From: Geotalea daltonii FRC-32
GTDB taxonomy: Bacteria > Desulfobacterota > Desulfuromonadia > Geobacterales > Geobacteraceae
DNA: 32,000 nt
Reading direction: 5' to 3'
Assembly: GCF_000022265.1 (NCBI RefSeq)
Contig: NC_011979.1
Location: 2,490,001-2,522,000, forward strand
Within the stretch, counting starts at the first letter, position 1; each line of letters opens with the position of its first letter. Below the pieces are notes generated by a model, which was given only the letters and a program-made list of their open reading frames with translations, searched no databases and was not told where the DNA came from. Positions 25,451 through 32,000 of the stretch are shown piece after piece. The position numbers were made by a program, and so were the translations under genes.

Positions 25451-26311
25451 ATGGACCATGCTTCCGACGCTGCTCTGAATGGACGTCAATCCTTGTCGAC
25501 AAAGGATTTTAACCGGTTGAGCCAGTTCATATACGATGAGCTGGGCATAAAGATGCCGCCGGCAAAAAAAACAATGCTCGAGGCGCGGCTGCAGAAACGG
25601 CTGCGTACCCTGGATATATCTTCATTCAGTGACTACTGCGAGTATCTTTTCAGTAGCGAAGGGATGGAAGAAGAGATGGTCCAGATGACCGACCTGGTGA
25701 CGACCAATAAGACCGATTTTTTCCGCGAACCTGAACACTTCGATTATCTTTTGAACAGGGTTCTCCCCGAATGGGAAAACAAGCACAGGGGGAAAAAGCT
25801 TATGGTCTGGAGCGCCGGCTGTTCCTCGGGAGAGGAGCCATATACCCTGGCCATGGTGCTATCCGAGTTTGGTGAAGCCTGTCCTGGGTTCAGATTCGAA
25901 ATTTTGGCTACCGATATTTCCTCACGGGTCCTGGAGAAAGCCAGGCTTGCCATATATGAGGAAGAGCGGGTGATTCCTGTCCCCATGGCCCTGAAGAAAA
26001 AGTATCTGCTGCGCGGCAAAGACAAAAACAATCCCCGGGTGAGGATTATCCCTGCCCTGCGCGACAAGGTCCATTTTCGCAGGCTGAATTTCATGGATGG
26101 CGATTTCGGCATGCGGGAACAGCTGGATATTATTTTTTGCAGAAATGTCATTATTTATTTCGACCGTCAGACTCAGGAGCGGCTCTTGAACCACTTTTAC
26201 ATGCACATGGCTCAAGGTTCGCATATTTTCATGGGGCACTCCGAAACCCTCAACGGATTAAACGTGCCACTTACGGCGGTTCATCCGACTGTCTACAGGA
26301 AACTCAGATGA
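25451..26311 (+). CDS. cheR: Chemotaxis protein methyltransferase CheR
   Basis: The N-terminal helical domain contains FNRLSQFIYDELGI. The SAM-binding motif is VWSAGCSSGEEPYTLAM, and IFCRNVIIYFD is present. AGGGAGG RBS lies 5 nt before ATG 25451. Confidence 0.95.
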   Translation: MDHASDAALNGRQSLSTKDFNRLSQFIYDELGIKMPPAKKTMLEARLQKRLRTLDISSFSDYCEYLFSSEGMEEEMVQMTDLVTTNKTDFFREPEHFDYLLNRVLPEWENKHRGKKLMVWSAGCSSGEEPYTLAMVLSEFGEACPGFRFEILATDISSRVLEKARLAIYEEERVIPVPMALKKKYLLRGKDKNNPRVRIIPALRDKVHFRRLNFMDGDFGMREQLDIIFCRNVIIYFDRQTQERLLNHFYMHMAQGSHIFMGHSETLNGLNVPLTAVHPTVYRKLR

Positions 26312-26344
26312 GAGGAATAATCTCGAATTTAAAGCGTGGTGGCC

Positions 26345-27412
26345 ATGAAAGATAAAATTCGCGTGCTCGTTGTGGATGATTCTGCTGTGGTTCGGCAGAC
26401 GATGGTGGAAATCCTCGAGTCTGACCCCCAGATCAAAGTCATTGCCACGGCAGCTGACCCGTTTATTGCCGCTGACCGCATCAGAGACGAGGTGCCTGAC
26501 GTCATAACCCTTGATGTGGAAATGCCTCGCATGGACGGTATTACCTTTCTCCACAAGATAATGAGCCAGCACCCGATTCCGGTGGTGATGTGTTCCAGTC
26601 TTACGGATTTAGGCTCGGAGACGGCCTTGAAAGCTTTGGAATACGGAGCTGTGGAAATTATCCAGAAACCGCGGATGGGAACGAAGCAGTTTCTGGAAGA
26701 ATCCAGGATGAGGATCTGCGATGTGGTCAAGGCTGCCAGCCAGGCCAGATTAAGAAAGGTGGCGGCAAAGCCGCGTGCCATTGCCCCGAAACTGACAGCT
26801 GACGTCATTATGGCAAAACCGAGTTCCAAGGCTATGATGCAGACCACGGAGAAAGTTGTGGTGGTGGGAGCCTCCACCGGGGGAACCGAGGCATTGCGCG
26901 CCTTCCTGGAGGTCCTGCCTGCGGACAGCCCGGGAATAGTCATTGTGCAGCACATGCCAGAAGGTTTTACGCGGGCTTTTTCCCAGAGGTTGGACGGAAT
27001 ATGCCGGGTTTCCGTGAAGGAGGCGGAAAATAACGATACGGTGGTGCGTGGGCGGGCTCTCATTGCCCCTGGCAATCATCACCTGCTGTTGAAAAGAAGC
27101 GGCGCCCGCTATTACGTAGAGGTTAAGGAGGGGCCCCTTGTCTCCAGGCATCGCCCGTCTGTCGACGTGCTCTTTCGCTCGGCAGCCCGCTATGCCGGTA
27201 AAAATGCCGTGGGGGTTATCATGACTGGCATGGGGGACGACGGCGCCAAGGGAATGCTGGAAATGAAAGAGGCGGGGGCAAAGACCATCGCCCAGGACGA
27301 GGCGACTTCGGTGGTGTTCGGTATGCCGAATGAAGCGATAAAACTGGGGGGGGTTGATCTGGTTCGGCCTCTGGATTGCATAGCAAGAGAAGTTATACGC
27401 CTGTGTGATTAG
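26345..27412 (+). CDS. cheB: Chemotaxis response regulator protein-glutamate methylesterase CheB
   Basis: The receiver domain has VVDDS and [11 protein letters not shown]. The methylesterase domain has a Ser (GASTGG), His (VQHMP) and Asp (GMGDDG) catalytic triad. The start is either ATG 26345 or GTG 26336, and the RBS is weak. Confidence 0.9.
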   Translation: MKDKIRVLVVDDSAVVRQTMVEILESDPQIKVIATAADPFIAADRIRDEVPDVITLDVEMPRMDGITFLHKIMSQHPIPVVMCSSLTDLGSETALKALEYGAVEIIQKPRMGTKQFLEESRMRICDVVKAASQARLRKVAAKPRAIAPKLTADVIMAKPSSKAMMQTTEKVVVVGASTGGTEALRAFLEVLPADSPGIVIVQHMPEGFTRAFSQRLDGICRVSVKEAENNDTVVRGRALIAPGNHHLLLKRSGARYYVEVKEGPLVSRHRPSVDVLFRSAARYAGKNAVGVIMTGMGDDGAKGMLEMKEAGAKTIAQDEATSVVFGMPNEAIKLGGVDLVRPLDCIAREVIRLCD

Positions 27413-27465
27413 CCGGCTGCACAGTGGCGTAGCAGAGAGATGCAACCAGCATTCAGGGAGACATT

Positions 27466-28704
27466 GTGGGGCAGGAAAAATTCTTTCTAGGACGTCAACC
27501 GATTCTGGACATAAACCAGAAGATAATCGGCTTCGAGCTTCTCTTCCGCTCGGCGGAAAGTCTCTGTTCTGCCAATATCACCGACAGCTTCCAGGCCAGT
27601 GCCAGTGTCATAATCAATGCCCTCACTGACTTCGGCACTAACGAGGTACTTGGTCGGCACAAGGGGTATTTCAACGTGGACCTGGAGATGCTCATGAGCG
27701 ACAGCCTGGAACTTTTGCCCCGGGAACAGGTGGTGGTTGAGCTCTTGGAGACCATCGAAATAAACAGTCAAGTGATCGAGCGCTGCAGGGAACTCAAAAA
27801 GCAGGGTTTTACCATAGCTCTTGATGATCATGAATACAACCCGGCCTTTGAAGAGCTTTACACGCTGACCGACATTATCAAAGTGGACATCCTCCAGACC
27901 TCACCTGAGAGAATTCCGGAAATGATGCAGCTGTTGAAGCGCTGGCCCCTCACCATGCTGGCGGAAAAGGTGGAGACAGCCGAACAATACGCTTTCTGCT
28001 CAGCCCAAGGTTTTCAGTTGTTTCAGGGCTATTTTTTTGCCCATCCGGTAGTCTTGAAACAGAAGCGGGTGGACATTGCCCAGCTGACACTGACAAAACT
28101 GCTGGAAAAGGTGATGAGAGAGGCGGAGTTGAGCGAGATCGAGGAAACCTTCAAGGAAAACCCGAACCTTACTTACAACCTGCTGCGGCTGGTGAATTCG
28201 GTGGCCATCGGCCTGAGAGAGAGAATCAAGACCCTGCGTCACGCTCTTATGGTTTTAGGGCTGCAGCAGTTGAAACGGTGGATCATGCTGGCCCTTTATG
28301 CCAGCAAAAGCGACCAGGGGGTATTCAGCCCTCTTCTGGAAATTGCGGCAAGCAGGGGCAAACTGATGGAACTTCTGGTCAAAAAACAGCAAGCCTTGCT
28401 CGTTAACACTGATTTTTCGGATCGTGCGTTCATGACCGGTGTTCTTTCTCTGGTTGATTCACTGTTTGAGGTTTCCATGGAAGAGATGGTGCAGCAGCTC
28501 AATCTGGATGATGATATCCGCCGGGCTTTACTGGCTCGGGAAGGGATTCTCGGCCATTTTCTGCAACTGACGGAGACGGTTGAACAGGCCGATTTCAAAA
28601 TGGCGAGCCAACTGATGAACCGGACGAAACTGACACCCGATCATCTTCTGGAAGCCCAACTGGAGACGATTAACTGGACCAATGGCTTGACAGGCATGGT
28701 CTAA
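27466..28704 (+). CDS. EAL-domain plus HDOD-domain signalling protein (putative c-di-GMP phosphodiesterase or sensor)
   Basis: The N-terminal FLGRQPILDINQKIIGFELLFR is typical of EAL+HDOD proteins. EAL catalytic positions look present: ELLFR (E and R), FNVD (N), ELLE (ExxE), ALDD (DD), KVD (K), EKVE (E) and QGYFF (Q). The C-terminal HDOD signature is NPNLTYNLLRLVNS...ALMVLGLQQLKRW. AGGGAG RBS precedes GTG 27466. Confidence 0.85.
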   Translation: MGQEKFFLGRQPILDINQKIIGFELLFRSAESLCSANITDSFQASASVIINALTDFGTNEVLGRHKGYFNVDLEMLMSDSLELLPREQVVVELLETIEINSQVIERCRELKKQGFTIALDDHEYNPAFEELYTLTDIIKVDILQTSPERIPEMMQLLKRWPLTMLAEKVETAEQYAFCSAQGFQLFQGYFFAHPVVLKQKRVDIAQLTLTKLLEKVMREAELSEIEETFKENPNLTYNLLRLVNSVAIGLRERIKTLRHALMVLGLQQLKRWIMLALYASKSDQGVFSPLLEIAASRGKLMELLVKKQQALLVNTDFSDRAFMTGVLSLVDSLFEVSMEEMVQQLNLDDDIRRALLAREGILGHFLQLTETVEQADFKMASQLMNRTKLTPDHLLEAQLETINWTNGLTGMV

Positions 28705-28805
28705 TTCCCTCCTTGACACGACCCTTTCTTTTGATGTAACTTACTTTGTCCCGCCCGATGAGAAGGGACACATTCCACTTTTTCTTGTTACGGTCCCTCT
28801 ATCCT

Positions 28806-29567
28806 ATGAAGATAACTGCAATTATCCCCGCAAGATATGCTTCGACCCGTTTCGAAGGGAAAGCCCTGGCTCAGATTCAGGGAAAGCCCATGGTGCAGCA
28901 TGTTTACGAACGTACCCTGAAGGCATCGCTGGTCTCGGAAGTTATCGTGGCCACCGACGATGAGCGTATCGTTGCGGCTGTTCGTGCTTTCGGCGGCAGA
29001 GCGGAAATGACCTCCAGGTCCCATGAGACCGGCACCGACCGCCTGGCTGAGGTGGCTGCCCGGCTCGATTCGGACATTATCGTCAATGTACAGGGAGACG
29101 AACCCCTCATAGATCCGGCAATGATCGATGAGGCCATCAGTCCCCTTGCCGAGGACTCTTCCCTGCTCATGGGAACACTCAAGACACGCATCAAGAGCCT
29201 GCATGACTTTCTCAGTCCCAACGTGGTCAAGGTTGTAACCGATTGGGAGGGGTATGCCCTCTATTTTTCCCGTTCGCCGCTGCCGAACTTTCGCGACAAA
29301 TGGAATGATCTGAAGGACGAGGCGTTCTCCTCACGTAAGCTGCTCTGCTTCAAACATGTGGGGCTGTACGTCTACAGGCGCGAGTTCCTTCTTCAGTTCG
29401 CCCAGATGTCACCCACCTATCTTGAGATGGCGGAAAAACTGGAACAGCTCAGGGTTTTGGAGAATGGTTATCGCATCAAGGTGGTCGAGACCGATTTTGA
29501 ATCGATCGGTGTCGATACACCTGGTGACCTGGATAAGGTGCTGGAAAGGTTGAAGGACCGGGGATAA
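28806..29567 (+). CDS. kdsB: 3-deoxy-manno-octulosonate cytidylyltransferase (CMP-KDO synthetase)
   Basis: [21 protein letters not shown]...VNVQGDEP...[11 protein letters not shown] is the canonical KdsB sequence. The track start at 28746 adds an implausible 20-aa extension. Confidence 0.92.
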
Positions 29568-29601
29568 GCTTTTCCCCATTGATATTACAGGAGTTACTGC
29601 G

Positions 29602-31206
29602 ATGAAAACCAAATTTATTTTTGTAACCGGCGGCGTTGTGTCCTCCATCGGCAAGGGACTCGCCGCCGCTTCTTTGGGTGCTCTGCTGGAGTCCAGAGGC
29701 CTCAGGGTAACCCATCAGAAGCTGGATCCCTATATAAATGTGGATCCGGGAACCATGTCACCATTCCAGCATGGCGAAGTATTTGTTACCGATGACGGTG
29801 CCGAAACCGACCTTGACCTGGGGCATTATGAGCGCTACACCTCAGCCCGCCTTTCGAAAAAGAGCAATTTTACGACCGGACAGGTTTATTTTTCGGTAAT
29901 TGAGAAGGAACGGCGGGGTGACTATCTGGGGGGGACGGTCCAGGTCATTCCCCATATAACCGACGAAATAAAATCGAAGATCATCGAGAACGCCAAAGGG
30001 TCGGACATTGCCATTATCGAGATCGGCGGGACGGTCGGCGACATAGAATCGCTCCCTTTCCTTGAGGCTATCCGCCAGTTCAAGGCTGACCGTGGCGCGG
30101 CCAATGTCCTTTACCTCCATGTGACGCTGGTCCCGTTCATCAAGACTGCCGACGAATTGAAGACCAAACCTACCCAGCACTCGGTGAAAGAGTTGCGGGA
30201 GATCGGCATTCAGCCTGATATTCTCATTTGCCGATGTGAGCAGGATCTGCCCCGGGACATGAAGGCAAAGATTGCCCTCTTCTGCAATGTGGAAGAAAAA
30301 GCAGTCATAACCTCCCAGGACGCTGAGCATATCTATGCCGTTCCATTGGCTCTTCACCGGGAAGGTCTGGACGAGCAGGTGGTGGAAAAGCTCAATATCT
30401 GGACCAAGGCTCCAGACCTGGCCCCATGGCAGCAGGTCGTGGAAAAGCTGATGAATCCAAGTCACGGCAAGGTACGTATTGCCATCGTCGGTAAGTACGT
30501 CAACCTGACCGAATCGTACAAATCGCTATCCGAAGCCCTTACCCACGGCGGCATTGCAAATGATTGCCGGGTACACCTGACTTACCTGGATTCGGAAAAG
30601 ATAGAGCAGGAGGGCATAGACGGCCTTCTTGAGGATGTGGACGGGATTCTGGTGCCGGGCGGCTTTGGTGAAAGGGGTACCGAGGGGAAAATAAAGACAA
30701 TCGAGTTTGCCAGGACGCGAAAAATCCCGTTTTTCGGCATCTGTCTCGGCATGCAGATGGCGGTGGTGGAGTATGCCCGCAATGTTTGCGGCTTGGAGGA
30801 TGCGTTTTCCAGCGAGTTCAAGCCCGACTGTCTGAATCCGGTCATACATTTAATGGAAGAGCAGAAAGGTGTCAGCCGCAAGGGGGGAACCATGCGCCTG
30901 GGGGCCTACCCCTGCACCTTGACCAAAGGGAGCTTTGCCCAGAAGGCGTACGGGACACTGGATATATCCGAGCGCCACCGTCACCGCTACGAGTTCAATA
31001 ACAAGAACCGCACTGTACTTGTGGAAAACGGGCTGGTCCTTTCTGGTGTTTACAAGGAAGGGGATCTTGTTGAAATTGTCGAGATAACAGACCATCCGTG
31101 GTTTGTCGGTTGCCAATTCCACCCTGAATTCAAATCAAAGCCGCTCAATCCGCATCCTCTTTTCAAGGCGTTCATTGCCGCTGCGCTGCAGAACAAAAAA
31201 GCGTAA
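29602..31206 (+). CDS. pyrG: CTP synthase
   Basis: [20 protein letters not shown]-terminus, and a glutamine amidotransferase domain with GICLGMQ and the HRHRYE motif. The product is 534 aa. Confidence 0.97.
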
Positions 31207-31247
31207 AAGACACAAGGGTGCGAAATCGGTGCCCCAAAGGAAGCGAA

Positions 31248-32000
31248 ATGGTTAAGGAAATTTCGGTCGGCAATATAAAAATAGGTGGAGATCGCCCACT
31301 GGTGTTGGTGGCGGGCCCTTGCGTCATTGAAAACGAAGCGGCAACCCTGCGCTGTGCCGAGCGTCTCATGACCATCTGCAATGGTGTCTCCATGCCATTG
31401 ATATTCAAGGCCTCATACGACAAGGCCAACCGCACCTCGGTAAACTCCTTTCGCGGTCCTGGCCTCAAGGATGGCCTGAAGATTCTGAAAAAGGTCAAGG
31501 AATCACTTGGCGTCCCTGTCCTTTCCGACATACATTCCATAGAACAGGTGGAGCCTGCCGCCGAGGTGCTTGATGTCATTCAGATCCCGGCTTTTCTCTG
31601 CCGCCAGACCGATCTGGTGGTGGCCGCGGCCATGAGCGGCCGTGTCATCAATATCAAAAAGGGACAGTTTCTGGCCCCCTGGGATATGGAAAACGTGGTG
31701 GGCAAGGCGGTTTCCACCGGCAATGACAACGTGATCCTTACCGAGAGGGGGGTCTCCTTCGGCTACAATAACCTGGTGTCGGACATGCGCAGTTTTCCCA
31801 TTCTGAGGCAGACCGGCTACCCTGTCATTTTTGATGCGACCCATAGCGTGCAGTTGCCCGGTGGCCTTGGCGGTTCTTCAGGCGGTCAGCGGGAATTCGT
31901 CGAATATCTAGGGCGAGCGGCAGTTGCTACCGGCATAGACGGTATTTTCATGGAAGTACATGAGGATCCGGAAAAAGCGCTCTGTGACGGCCCGAATTCC
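31248..32000 (+). CDS. kdsA: 2-dehydro-3-deoxyphosphooctonate aldolase (KDO-8-P synthase), 3' end outside the window
   Basis: This gene is absent from the ORF track because it has no stop in the window. My translation from ATG 31248 is open to base 32000: [30 protein letters not shown]...[12 protein letters not shown]...[13 protein letters not shown]...[12 protein letters not shown]. These are classic KdsA motifs. Confidence 0.9.
   Translation, partial: MVKEISVGNIKIGGDRPLVLVAGPCVIENEAATLRCAERLMTICNGVSMPLIFKASYDKANRTSVNSFRGPGLKDGLKILKKVKESLGVPVLSDIHSIEQVEPAAEVLDVIQIPAFLCRQTDLVVAAAMSGRVINIKKGQFLAPWDMENVVGKAVSTGNDNVILTERGVSFGYNNLVSDMRSFPILRQTGYPVIFDATHSVQLPGGLGGSSGGQREFVEYLGRAAVATGIDGIFMEVHEDPEKALCDGPNS

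Overview
The window looks like a chromosomal segment from a Geobacter-like deltaproteobacterium (Desulfuromonadales). This taxonomic guess is an inference from gene content and protein sequence style only. Every gene I can support lies on the + strand. There are three blocks. (1) 1-4836 is an iron and redox homeostasis locus: a 5'-truncated DsbC-like gene, fur, feoB, a small Cys-rich zinc-ribbon ORF, a DtxR/IdeR-type regulator and a cytochrome P460-like monohaem protein. Fur-box-like operators overlap the fur and feoB promoters. (2) About 4855-28704 is a roughly 24-kb chemosensory supercluster. It holds a soluble MCP-like protein with two degenerate signalling tips, a STAS protein, cheY, cheA, three MCPs (one with a duplicated HAMP-PAS(Cys4) module), an orphan PAS histidine kinase, two tandem cheW-mcp modules, cheR, cheB and an EAL+HDOD gene. 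(3) 28806-32000 holds kdsB, pyrG and a 3'-truncated kdsA that the ORF track misses because it has no stop in the window. The observations most worth follow-up are listed here. CheA carries an MshEN/T2SSE_N-like tandem motif, pointing to possible c-di-GMP input, and an apparently catalytic EAL-HDOD gene closes the cluster. The 608-aa soluble protein looks like a single-chain tandem duplication of an MCP signalling hairpin. One MCP contains a 675-bp internal duplication carrying Cys4 PAS domains. The five MCP 3' halves show signs of concerted evolution and share a conserved C-terminal tail ending xFEK[F/Y]. A structured intergenic repeat family sits just downstream of the terminator hairpins of two MCP genes. 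I found no tRNA, rRNA, CRISPR array, transposase or phage gene.
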